Origin: an uncultured archaeon
GTDB lineage: Archaea > Asgardarchaeota > Lokiarchaeia > Sigyniarchaeales > SOKP01
Length of the DNA stretch: 64,000 nt
Direction: 5' to 3'
NCBI GenBank assembly: GCA_964525635.1
Contig: CAZGJX010000003.1
Location: 32,001-96,000, forward strand
Position 1 is the stretch's first letter; every line of letters starts with the position of its first letter. This document shows positions 51,554 to 61,082 of the stretch, piece by piece. The notes below the pieces were generated by a model. The model did not search any database and was not told the DNA's origin. It saw nothing but the letters and a program-made list of their open reading frames with translations. A program made the translations under genes and the position numbers.

Positions 51554-52686
51554 TTTTTTTCTAAATAGTCAGGTATATCATAATTCCATTCCTTTAAAGC
51601 AAAATCCCAATATTTCTTAACCTTTTCTATTGTAGAAATACTATATACATATTTATTCTTTTTATAATTTGCAGTTTCTTTAAGATAGTCTTTAAAAAGA
51701 GGTTTAATATCTTCAAATCCATTCAATTTGAACTTTTGATAGATTTTTTTTAATTGCTTAATTGGATTCTCTTCTAAATCTTTAAAGGTAAGTTCAATGT
51801 AATTTTCTTCTGGAATTAAATCTTTCTCTTTTAAGAAAGTAAGCATCATATCTTTATATATCGTTATTATGTTTTTATCAATTTCTTTTTTGGAAATTGG
51901 TTGCAAATTGAGCCATGGTAATACAGAATCATATAATTTATGAGTTGACATATAAATTTCAAAAGGATTTCTATGAATATTGATAAACTTTGCGTTGGGG
52001 AATAATTCCAAGAGAATTTTTATACGAACAGTATTAGCAGGGTTCTTTATAACGAGAGACTTCCTTCTAATGTAGTATTTCGCTTTCTTTAATAACTCAA
52101 GATAAACTCTTTTCCATTCTTCCTTCACTTTGGATGGAACTTTTTTTAAACATGTGTATTTTATATAATTCTCTATCATTTGTTGAGGAAAATACCAACT
52201 AACATAAAATCCATAAGGACATAAACTTCCTAAAGCAAATTCATCTTCTTGTGGCTCATCAACTCCAATTTTTACATTATCTTGGGGACGTGTATCTGGC
52301 ATAAAAACTTTCATCATATTTCTGAAAATTTTAAGATATATAAATGATTTTGGAAAAAAAGCTTGAGTCATTGTGACGTACCCAAATTGAGGGTCTTTAC
52401 ATAGTAAATTATGAAGATGAGTTGTACCACTCCTCCAATGACCTAAAATAATAACAGGATCATCTGGTAATTTAACTTTCTCAACAATTTTCTTTAATTT
52501 CTTAGATTCAAGATAACGAACTGGTATTCCAATCATATTTATAAGAACAATCCCTACTAATCTTGGAAAATATTTTTTAGATATCGTTCGATTCATGACA
52601 AGGATTCTTATTAAATTTCTCAATGAACCTCCTATAGCAGGATTTATTGATCTCTTCTTTTTCTGTTTCTTATCATTTGAAACCAT
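51550..52686 (-). CDS. PAPS-dependent sulfotransferase
   Basis: GHWRSGTT 5'-PSB loop; KNP; IHRNP...S. Confidence 0.88.
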   Translation of the reverse strand: MVSNDKKQKKKRSINPAIGGSLRNLIRILVMNRTISKKYFPRLVGIVLINMIGIPVRYLESKKLKKIVEKVKLPDDPVIILGHWRSGTTHLHNLLCKDPQFGYVTMTQAFFPKSFIYLKIFRNMMKVFMPDTRPQDNVKIGVDEPQEDEFALGSLCPYGFYVSWYFPQQMIENYIKYTCLKKVPSKVKEEWKRVYLELLKKAKYYIRRKSLVIKNPANTVRIKILLELFPNAKFINIHRNPFEIYMSTHKLYDSVLPWLNLQPISKKEIDKNIITIYKDMMLTFLKEKDLIPEENYIELTFKDLEENPIKQLKKIYQKFKLNGFEDIKPLFKDYLKETANYKKNKYVYSISTIEKVKKYWDFALKEWNYDIPDYLEKN

Positions 52687-52821
52687 TATCCCTAACCTCT
52701 TATAAAGTTTTAATATCTAACCAGTTAGTAAGGTAAATCTTTTTTTTGTATTAAATCTATAGCTTATTCGAATATCTTGGTAAACTTAAACTTTTTAAAA
52801 ATAAAAAATTTTTAAAATTAT

Positions 52822-54123
52822 ATGAGAAAAATAAAACCAAAAAGGATTATATATTTGGGTTTTATACTTTTATTATTGTTTTCAAACCTCATAGCTTTTT
52901 ATATTTTTAGTTATAATGATTGGTTAGAGGGATATTTTGATGTTCAAAGAAAAGAAAATGGAAACACCCTTATTTGTAGACTTCCTTTGGCAGAAATATT
53001 TGAACATCCTAAAAGAGTGGCAAACCAAATACCAGTAAAGCCAAATAGTTCTGGTCATAAAATATTTGAAGTTGATCAATATAAAAATGTTGTATGGGAA
53101 TTCAGTGGTTTAGCATATCCTCATGATATGGAAGTGCTTCCAAATGACCATATATTAGTTGCTGATACTGCTTATGATCGAGTTATAGAAATTAATTATC
53201 CCAACAAAGATATAGTATGGAGTTGGGAACCTGCAAAAATAAATTGGACAGAAGTAAATCCTGAGTGGATAGATAAACCTCTCTTGCCACATTATTATTT
53301 ACATAATTTTACTTATGATTGGACTCATCTTAATAATGTTGAATTTAAGAATTATGGAAGCTATGATGCATGTTTAATTTCTATAAGAAATTTTGATTTA
53401 ATCGTTGAAGTAAATTATACTGCTGAAAGAATTGGGCCTTCAAACAATCCAGATAATATAATCTGGTGGTATGGAGATTATAGGAATGTTACTTTAATAA
53501 GTCGTCAGCACAATCCAATATATACAAGTTATGGTACTATTTACATTCCAGATTCAGGAAATAACCGCATTATTGAAATAAATATGACAACTAATAAAAT
53601 TATCTGGAATTATAGCAAAGGACTTGATTGGCCTAGAGGAGTGGATAAATTAGAGAATGGAAATCTTTTAATCACAGATTCATTACATAATAGAATTATT
53701 GAGATTGAGAAGGATAGTAAGAAAATTGTTTGGAGCTATACCAGAGATTTAATTATTCCCTATGATGCTGATAGATTAGAGAATGGAAACACGCTAATAA
53801 GTAATGGATATAGTGGAATTGTTTATGAAGTAAACAGAGCAGGGGAGATAGTTTGGCGCTATGGTCTATCCTTTGATAAGAGTATGATTTACTTAAATGT
53901 TATCATTATGCTTGGATTTTCCTCAACGGCAATTATATTTATATCAAAAGATATTATTAAAAGAAGAGAATTAACTAAATTTAGGAAAGAAATAAAGGGA
54001 ATAAAGATTGGAATCTTAATTATCCCAATTATATTTAGTTTGTTAGTACTTTTTAGCTATACTACTATTATTGGAAACTTAGTGATCGAGACTATGAAAA
54101 ACATATTATTAAGTTATAGATAA
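52822..54123 (+). CDS. membrane-anchored aryl-sulfate sulfotransferase (ASST)-like beta-propeller
   Basis: DWTHLN, LISIRN, RQHNP; repeats xDxLENGNxLI; N- and C-terminal TM helices. Confidence 0.7.
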   Translation: MRKIKPKRIIYLGFILLLLFSNLIAFYIFSYNDWLEGYFDVQRKENGNTLICRLPLAEIFEHPKRVANQIPVKPNSSGHKIFEVDQYKNVVWEFSGLAYPHDMEVLPNDHILVADTAYDRVIEINYPNKDIVWSWEPAKINWTEVNPEWIDKPLLPHYYLHNFTYDWTHLNNVEFKNYGSYDACLISIRNFDLIVEVNYTAERIGPSNNPDNIIWWYGDYRNVTLISRQHNPIYTSYGTIYIPDSGNNRIIEINMTTNKIIWNYSKGLDWPRGVDKLENGNLLITDSLHNRIIEIEKDSKKIVWSYTRDLIIPYDADRLENGNTLISNGYSGIVYEVNRAGEIVWRYGLSFDKSMIYLNVIIMLGFSSTAIIFISKDIIKRRELTKFRKEIKGIKIGILIIPIIFSLLVLFSYTTIIGNLVIETMKNILLSYR

Positions 54124-54165
54124 ACACTTATTGATATTAAAATCGATAAAATTTTATTCAAAAAT

Positions 54166-54516
54166 TTATTTTTTTTTTAAAAAATCAGGTATTATTCCTT
54201 TAAGTCCCAAACTTTTCAAGATTGTTTCTTTTATATCCATTTGTAGCTTAAATTCAGACATTTGTTTTACAGTATTCTCCAAAGAAGTTGAAAAGTTAAG
54301 ACTCATATCTTTGATTGTTTTCGACATAAGATCAAATGATTCCTTCATAGTGATATTGGTATCTTGAAGTACAGAACTCATCTTATTAACAGAATTAGAA
54401 ATTTCTGAACTAAAAGTAATTAAATTTACTGAGAGGTTTTTTATTTGTTCTGCTATAGCTTTCATCTCAGTATTCATTTTAACAAGTTGTTCGTTAAGAT
54501 CTTTTATTCCCAACAT
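54166..54516 (-). CDS. small coiled-coil hypothetical protein
   Basis: Continuous heptad-like Met/Ser/Ile-rich helix. Confidence 0.6.
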   Translation of the reverse strand: MLGIKDLNEQLVKMNTEMKAIAEQIKNLSVNLITFSSEISNSVNKMSSVLQDTNITMKESFDLMSKTIKDMSLNFSTSLENTVKQMSEFKLQMDIKETILKSLGLKGIIPDFLKKK

Positions 54517-54623
54517 TATATTTCTGATAATGTAATTTGTTTAAAATATTTAAATAATTTCTAATGCTTTTTAATTATAACTTATTAATTATCATAATTT
54601 CAATAAGAATTTAAGAATAAAAA

Positions 54624-55388
54624 ATGAGCGAAAATAATAATAAAAATAGATTCTTTAAAATGGCAGATATTTATGATAAGCTAGCTCAGTATCTTGTGCC
54701 AAAATATGACTATCTACAAGAGGAAGTAATAGATCTTTTACCTTTTAATATAAATAGACAATATAATGTTATAGATTTAGGTGCGGGAAGTGGGATTTTT
54801 TTAGAAAGATTTTTAAAAAAATATCCAAATGTTAAATGTTTTTGGATTGATTATTCTGATGATTTTCTAAATGTAGCAAAAAATAGATTGAATAAATACA
54901 ATAAAAGGATTAATTTTATAATATCTCCAATAGAGGAGGATTGGACAAAATTAATTCATGAAAAAGTTCATTTAATAACTTCTATGTCAGCAATTCATCA
55001 TTTAGAAACCCAAGAAAAAAAAGAATTATATAAAAGATGTTATGATTTGTTAGAAGAAACGGGTTGGTTTTTTAATATAGATGAGATGAAAACATTAAAT
55101 TTTGATGCTTATAAAAGTAGTTTAGAAAGATGGTATAAACATGGTGAAGAAATTAAAAAAAAAATTCCTAACCATTTACTCAGTTCTTATAAACTATTAA
55201 AAAATCAATTTGATAATTGGAAAATAAGAAATCTTGATAATATTGAAAAGCCAAAAACTAAGGGGGATGATATACATGAAACATTTATAGATCAAATTAA
55301 TTGGTTGAATGAAATTGGATATAAAAACGTTGATCTTTTTATTAAACATCATCTTTGGTGTGTAATTGGAGGACAAAAATTGAATTAA
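54624..55388 (+). CDS. class I SAM-dependent methyltransferase
   Basis: VIDLGAGSG, SAIHHL. Confidence 0.9.
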   Translation: MSENNNKNRFFKMADIYDKLAQYLVPKYDYLQEEVIDLLPFNINRQYNVIDLGAGSGIFLERFLKKYPNVKCFWIDYSDDFLNVAKNRLNKYNKRINFIISPIEEDWTKLIHEKVHLITSMSAIHHLETQEKKELYKRCYDLLEETGWFFNIDEMKTLNFDAYKSSLERWYKHGEEIKKKIPNHLLSSYKLLKNQFDNWKIRNLDNIEKPKTKGDDIHETFIDQINWLNEIGYKNVDLFIKHHLWCVIGGQKLN

Positions 55389-56033
55389 TTACATTATATT
55401 TCTTCCTGCTAATTCATCTTCAAGGTATTGATCTCCATAATTTTGTCTTATTTTTTCTAACCATTCATTTGTTTTAATTTTAACCATCCCTACACGATTT
55501 CCCTTTATTTTTTCTATTGTTTTACAAACAACTCCTTCTTTTAAATTATATTTATTTTTTCTTACAGATTCTATAAACTTTAGAGTTAAAGGTCCTTCAT
55601 AAATCATTCTTGGGGTTCCAAGATGTCCAAAATCTTCAATAAATTCTTTTGGAGGTATAATTCCCTTTCCAATTGGATTTACATCAAATAATATTAAATC
55701 AAGTTCATCATCAGGATTATGTCTACCTGCAAAAGAATGTGGTCCGACCCATTCACAAAAAACAATGGCTTTTTTTGTTTTATTATATTTAGGATTACTT
55801 TTAAAAATATATACCAATTCTTTTGCATATTTTAGCATAAACAATGAAATAGCAGCACTAAATTCTTTATGTGAAGGATTAATTATCATTCTTCGTGTAC
55901 CAAATTGATACCAACCCATTTTTTTGGACCATTCAAAACGCATATTATTCCCGTCCAGTTTATCGAATGCTATTATTTCTTTACCTAGTAGTAATTTACC
56001 AACAAAATATGGAATAGATACATATTGCTTCAT
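55389..56033 (-). CDS. ATP-dependent RNA ligase-like nucleotidyltransferase (Rnl2-like)
   Basis: KLDG (motif I), CEWVG (III), LFDV (IIIa), EGVVCK (IV), VKIK (V). Confidence 0.75.
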   Translation of the reverse strand: MKQYVSIPYFVGKLLLGKEIIAFDKLDGNNMRFEWSKKMGWYQFGTRRMIINPSHKEFSAAISLFMLKYAKELVYIFKSNPKYNKTKKAIVFCEWVGPHSFAGRHNPDDELDLILFDVNPIGKGIIPPKEFIEDFGHLGTPRMIYEGPLTLKFIESVRKNKYNLKEGVVCKTIEKIKGNRVGMVKIKTNEWLEKIRQNYGDQYLEDELAGRNIM

Positions 56034-56244
56034 TTTTCGACCATTTTAATATATATTATTAACTACTCTTTTGGAATATCATAAAATTAACCATTAACTT
56101 ATTATCATTCTATTTTGATAAGGAATTATTATTTATATTAATATTTAGTTAAAAATTTTAAGGTAATAATAAATATATTTTATACATTCAAATTTCTTAA
56201 TTTTTAAATGTGTAATATGACTATTCTATTTTAAGTGATATTTT

Positions 56245-57432
56245 ATGATTAAACAATTTAATTTTACTAATATTCCCAAAATAATATTTGGCTCAGGAAA
56301 ACTTCAAGAGCTTTATAAAATAATTCCAGATTTTGGGACGAATATTTTATTTGTTATTGGAAAGAGTTCTCTAAAAAATTCAGGTAAATGGAAAGAAATT
56401 ACACATAACATAGAAGGAAAAGATTTTAGTTTTTCTCATGTTTCAATTTTAGGAGAACCATCTCCTTCAATTATTGATAAAATAACATCAGAACTGAGAA
56501 ATAAATCAATTGATTTAATTATTGGAATAGGAGGAGGAAGTGTAATAGATGCTGGAAAAGCTATATCCGCTATGTTAACCAAAGAAGAGTCTATAACAAA
56601 TTATTTAGAAGGTGTTGGTTATAAACAACATAATGGATCAAAATTACCATATATCGCTATCCCTACTACATCAGGTACTGGAAGTGAGGCAACTAAAAAT
56701 GCTGTAATAAGTCAAGTTGGCCCACATGGATTTAAAAAATCTCTTAGGCATGATAATTTTGTTCCGAATATCACAATTATCGATCCTGAATTAATGATCA
56801 CCTGTCCATCCTCAAAAACAGCAGCTTGTGGAATGGATGCTTTCACCCAATTACTTGAAACATATGTTTCTTCAATTGCAAATCCAATAACGGATGCTTT
56901 AGCTTTTAGTGGAATAAAAGTGATGAAAGATAATCTTATACCTGCTTGTACTTCTGGATCGAATGATATAAATGTAAGAAGTGGGATGGCATATGGAGCT
57001 TTAATGTCAGGAATAACATTAGCAAATGCAGGTTTGGGAATAGTGCATGGATTGGCATCACCAATAGGAGGTTTTTTCGATATTCCTCATGGTATAGTAT
57101 GTGGAACTCTTTTATCTAATGCAACAAGAATTAACATAGAAAGATTAAAAGAAATAGGTCAAAAAGGAAGGAAATCCTTAAAGAAATATGCTGAAATTGG
57201 AGCATTAATTTTAAATCAATATAATGTGGAAGAAAAGAAGATAAATCATTATTTAGATACTTTATTGAAGACATTAGATAAATGGACAAAAGATCTAAAT
57301 ATAGAAAGATTAGGATCTTATGGAATTACTGAAAATGATATAGATAAAATAATAAAAAATACAAGTCTGAAAAACAATCCAGTAGATTTAACAGCTAGAG
57401 ATATAGAAACAATAGTAATTAATAGATTATAG
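56245..57432 (+). CDS. iron-containing alcohol dehydrogenase
   Basis: GGGSVIDAGK, PTTSGTGSE, GMDAFTQ, VHGL, PHG. Confidence 0.93.
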   Translation: MIKQFNFTNIPKIIFGSGKLQELYKIIPDFGTNILFVIGKSSLKNSGKWKEITHNIEGKDFSFSHVSILGEPSPSIIDKITSELRNKSIDLIIGIGGGSVIDAGKAISAMLTKEESITNYLEGVGYKQHNGSKLPYIAIPTTSGTGSEATKNAVISQVGPHGFKKSLRHDNFVPNITIIDPELMITCPSSKTAACGMDAFTQLLETYVSSIANPITDALAFSGIKVMKDNLIPACTSGSNDINVRSGMAYGALMSGITLANAGLGIVHGLASPIGGFFDIPHGIVCGTLLSNATRINIERLKEIGQKGRKSLKKYAEIGALILNQYNVEEKKINHYLDTLLKTLDKWTKDLNIERLGSYGITENDIDKIIKNTSLKNNPVDLTARDIETIVINRL

Positions 57433-57517
57433 ACCAATTTATAAAAAATTTTAGTAATATTTTAATTATACCAATATATACTTAATATAGCTAATAAATA
57501 TCTAAGGAATAAAAATA

Positions 57518-57619
57518 ATGAAGATGCTTCAAAATATAAAAGATAATTATAATATGAGCAATTTGGGGCAAGTTTTATCCTTAGGTTTACTTTTAAATTT
57601 ACTTTTATTATTATTATAA
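57518..57619 (+). CDS. leuL: putative leu leader peptide MKMLQNIKDNYNMSNLGQVLSLGLLLNLLLLLL (33 aa; alternative starts 57524, 57554)
   Basis: Read by hand; 13 Leu codons, six consecutive before TAA; ends 98 nt upstream of leuA. Confidence 0.7.
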   Translation: MKMLQNIKDNYNMSNLGQVLSLGLLLNLLLLLL

Positions 57620-57623
57620 AGCG

Positions 57624-57678
57624 CCTTCTAATGTTTTATAAGATTTGATAATTCTACTTCTTATAAACATCTAGAAGG
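57624..57678 (+). promoter_or_regulatory. long hairpin immediately after the leu leader stop
   Basis: CCTTCTAATGTTTTATAAGA (57624-57643) pairs with TCTTATAAACATCTAGAAGG (57659-57678), one bulge per arm. Confidence 0.75.
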
Positions 57679-57717
57679 TTATTGAATTAATACACAGTTT
57701 AAAGTAGGTAAAAGAAA

Positions 57718-59331
57718 ATGGTGGAAATGGATGAAATAAGTGTTTCAGGAATGATGGAAAAGATTAGGAATACTCTTACTCTTCCGGAGAAGGCATATTT
57801 TTTTGACACAACTCTTCGTGATGGAGAACAAACACCAGGTATAAGTTTTACTCATGAAGAGAAGCTATCAATTGCCGAAGCACTTAGTAATTTAGGAATA
57901 GATATTATTGAAGCAGGATTTCCCATAACTTCTGAAGGAGATTTTACCGCTTGTAGAGATATCGCCAAGCTTGGATTGAATTCTGAGGTAATTGGATTAG
58001 CTAGAATGAAAAGAATTGATATAGACAGAGTAATAGAGGCAGACATGGACAGTATTCATGTTTTTATTTCAACTTCAGACTTACATCTAAGAGAACAAAT
58101 AAAAATGACGAGAGATCAGGTAATAGACTGTATTATTGAAGAAACTACATATGCAAAAGAGCATTATAATACAGTATTATTTTCTGCTATGGATGCGACT
58201 AGAACAGATTTAGATTATCTAATAAAAGCAAACTTAACTGCAGTTGAATGTGGTGCAACACGGGTTAATATCCCAGATACCGTTGGAACGATTACACCCA
58301 CTGCTTTTGGACATATTATTAAAAAAAATTATGAAGTTTTACCTAAAAATATAAGGATTGCTGTTCATTGTCATAATGATTTTGGTCTAGCAGTTGCAAA
58401 TACTATTGCTGGTTTTGAGAATGGTGCTTCTGAAGCTCAAACGGCTATCATGGGTCTTGGAGAAAGGGCTGGAAATGCCTCTTTTGAAGAGACTGCAATG
58501 TCCTTTTACGCTCTATATGGATTGCCTATGAACATTAATACAAGACTAATATTTCCAACAGCTAAATTGGTAGAGAGTTATTGTGGTGGAAAAATAAAGA
58601 TTGGACGCTTGCAACCTCTAATAGGACAAAATGCTTTCGCACATGAGGCTGGAATTCATGTAGCTGGGCAGATTAAACATGCAAGAACTTTTGAACCAAT
58701 AACTCCTGAATTGATAGGAATTAAAAGAACCGATAATCTAGAAGAAATAGTCAAACAATCTATAAAACTTGGAAAACATACAGGAAGTCATGGATTAAGA
58801 GCAAAATTATCTGATCTAGGATTAAATCCAACAGAAGAACAGTTTAAGAAAATCTTTGACCATGTTAAAAGTTTTGGGGATAAAGGACACGAAGTCTCAG
58901 AGGAGGATCTCTTTGCTATAGTTAAAGACGTGATGGGAGAGCTTCCAGAAGTAGAACAATATGTGATACTTGAAGAACTTACAGTCTTGACTGGTTCAGT
59001 AACTCCTACCTCAACAGTTAGATTAAGAATTAGGGACAATGGTTCCTCGATTCGTAAAACTGCTTCTTCGGTAGGAGTTGGTTCTGTTGATGCTTCTATT
59101 AAAGCAATTGTAAAATGTTTTGGACCAATGAGTAAAGTAAAACTACTTGAATATAATATTGATGCAGTTACAGGAGGGACTGAAGCATTGGGTCATGTAA
59201 CAATTGAATTAATGGATCTGGATACAAATCAAATTGTAAAAACAAGTGCCACTCATGAAGATATTGTAATGAGTTCTGTGCTTGCACTTCTTAAAGGTCT
59301 AAATCAAATAATGAAGTATAAGAGTGAATAA
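57718..59331 (+). CDS. leuA: 2-isopropylmalate synthase (LeuA/CimA family)
   Basis: DTTLRDGEQ, HCHNDFGLA, GLGERAGN, HEAGIH, C-terminal regulatory domain; the Leu-rich leader favours LeuA over CimA. Confidence 0.85.
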   Translation: MVEMDEISVSGMMEKIRNTLTLPEKAYFFDTTLRDGEQTPGISFTHEEKLSIAEALSNLGIDIIEAGFPITSEGDFTACRDIAKLGLNSEVIGLARMKRIDIDRVIEADMDSIHVFISTSDLHLREQIKMTRDQVIDCIIEETTYAKEHYNTVLFSAMDATRTDLDYLIKANLTAVECGATRVNIPDTVGTITPTAFGHIIKKNYEVLPKNIRIAVHCHNDFGLAVANTIAGFENGASEAQTAIMGLGERAGNASFEETAMSFYALYGLPMNINTRLIFPTAKLVESYCGGKIKIGRLQPLIGQNAFAHEAGIHVAGQIKHARTFEPITPELIGIKRTDNLEEIVKQSIKLGKHTGSHGLRAKLSDLGLNPTEEQFKKIFDHVKSFGDKGHEVSEEDLFAIVKDVMGELPEVEQYVILEELTVLTGSVTPTSTVRLRIRDNGSSIRKTASSVGVGSVDASIKAIVKCFGPMSKVKLLEYNIDAVTGGTEALGHVTIELMDLDTNQIVKTSATHEDIVMSSVLALLKGLNQIMKYKSE

Positions 59332-59479
59332 TTAAATTTTATTTTTAGCTTCTCTATCTTTTTATATTATATTTCTTGCTTTTTCAAAAAAAGAAGATAT
59401 CAGAAAAATATATTCTCTATATTTAAAAATAACCATATCTTATTTCTTTACAAATAATTATAAATTTAAATGAGAATAT

Positions 59480-60970
59480 ATGGATCCAAAAAAAAAAAAA
59501 TTTTTAATTCCATTATTAGCAATTATCATAATTATTGCTATATTAATTCCTATGTTAATTATATTATTGCAACCTCCCCCAATTAAAAATAGATTAGATG
59601 GAGATGAAGGAGTTAGAAAAGCAATTATTCTATGTAGTGCTAATGATTTCTATGGAACTGATGTAGAACTCCATTTTACAGCTGAAGGAGATTTTGGACC
59701 TGTTTGGGAACTGGAAAATGAAGGTGCTTGGAATTATGGATCGAATCCAGGTTTTGGAAATTATACTCCAAATGCATTATATTTCGAACCAGTAAATTCA
59801 CCACCTGCATACAGTATCGCTAATTACACATATAATTATGTTGATAGAGGTAATAAGTTAATGGATGAAAGTTTTTATATTTTGTCAGCAAGTGTTTATC
59901 TAAATACTTCAGAACCAATAATAGGACCAGGTGCACGAGTGGGAATACAATGGTTAAATGGCAGTGGTGTCGTGAGAATTGACTGGTCAAGAAATATAAA
60001 TTCCACATTATATCAATGGAGATTATTAAGCGTTATGAGTCAATTTAATAATAATAGTATAGACAATATTACAGAAATGAAACTAGTATTATCAGTTAAG
60101 GGTATTTTTATGGGAGTACCCACGGATCGTGTTTATTTTGATGATGTATTTTTAGAACGATGGGATGCTGTTAATAAAACTGATCCTACCAATCCAAATA
60201 CAAATAACTTATTGAATACTGATGGATTTCCTGCCCAAGCACTTCAAGTCTATAAGACTTTAAAGAATCATCAGTATACAGATGATAATATATTCCTTAT
60301 GTTATATCATACAGGAGACGATACAATAGATATTGAAACGGGAGATGGAATTTCAAATGATTTAACTGGAGTTATAATAGATGTAGAAAATGATGATGTT
60401 AATGCTACTAGATTCAAACAAGAGCTTAATGTTTCTGAAACCGGCTCATTTGCTTCTCAAATTAATCCAAAAGATCAATTAATTATCTTTATGTCAGATC
60501 ATGGTTCAAATGGAATACTACCTGACCGAAATGCAACATTTCATTTTGAAGCCGATCATAGTTATATCATGGAATTAGAATTTTATAATTTAGTTAAGGA
60601 TATTAATTGCACAAGAAAATTAATTAATGTTGATAGTTGTTATAGTGGAAATTTTCTAAATGAACAGACACCAATAGGTGCTAGTTGGTATAATTTAACT
60701 AATTGTACTTATATAAGTTCTTCAGCGGACCTAGTGTCTTGGTATTGGAGCACAAATCAAAATGGTGATGGTTGGGCGGGTTCATGGTTTTTCCATCCTT
60801 TCTGGAGTCAATTAGATCAAGGTCAATCAATTTCAAATGCGTTTAATTTTGCGTTTAATTTTATTCCTGCAGGGCATACACTACCAGTAGGTATGCGTCA
60901 ATCACCATTAATATATGATAATATGGGAATAATTAATACATGGAGTTTTAACGGTCCAATCCTGCTTTAG
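59480..60970 (+). CDS. membrane-anchored clan CD cysteine peptidase (C13 legumain/GPI8-like) with inserted beta-sandwich
   Basis: N-terminal TM; YTDDNIFLM, IFMSDHG, NVDSCYSG His/Cys dyad. Confidence 0.7.
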   Translation: MDPKKKKFLIPLLAIIIIIAILIPMLIILLQPPPIKNRLDGDEGVRKAIILCSANDFYGTDVELHFTAEGDFGPVWELENEGAWNYGSNPGFGNYTPNALYFEPVNSPPAYSIANYTYNYVDRGNKLMDESFYILSASVYLNTSEPIIGPGARVGIQWLNGSGVVRIDWSRNINSTLYQWRLLSVMSQFNNNSIDNITEMKLVLSVKGIFMGVPTDRVYFDDVFLERWDAVNKTDPTNPNTNNLLNTDGFPAQALQVYKTLKNHQYTDDNIFLMLYHTGDDTIDIETGDGISNDLTGVIIDVENDDVNATRFKQELNVSETGSFASQINPKDQLIIFMSDHGSNGILPDRNATFHFEADHSYIMELEFYNLVKDINCTRKLINVDSCYSGNFLNEQTPIGASWYNLTNCTYISSSADLVSWYWSTNQNGDGWAGSWFFHPFWSQLDQGQSISNAFNFAFNFIPAGHTLPVGMRQSPLIYDNMGIINTWSFNGPILL

Positions 60971-61082
60971 TTTAATATCTTTTTTCTTTTATTTTCTATA
61001 TATTTTTAACAATAATGTTTTTTTAAAATTATTTTATATTTATCCACTATAGAGTATCTAATTATTCTGAGACTTCTATAAA

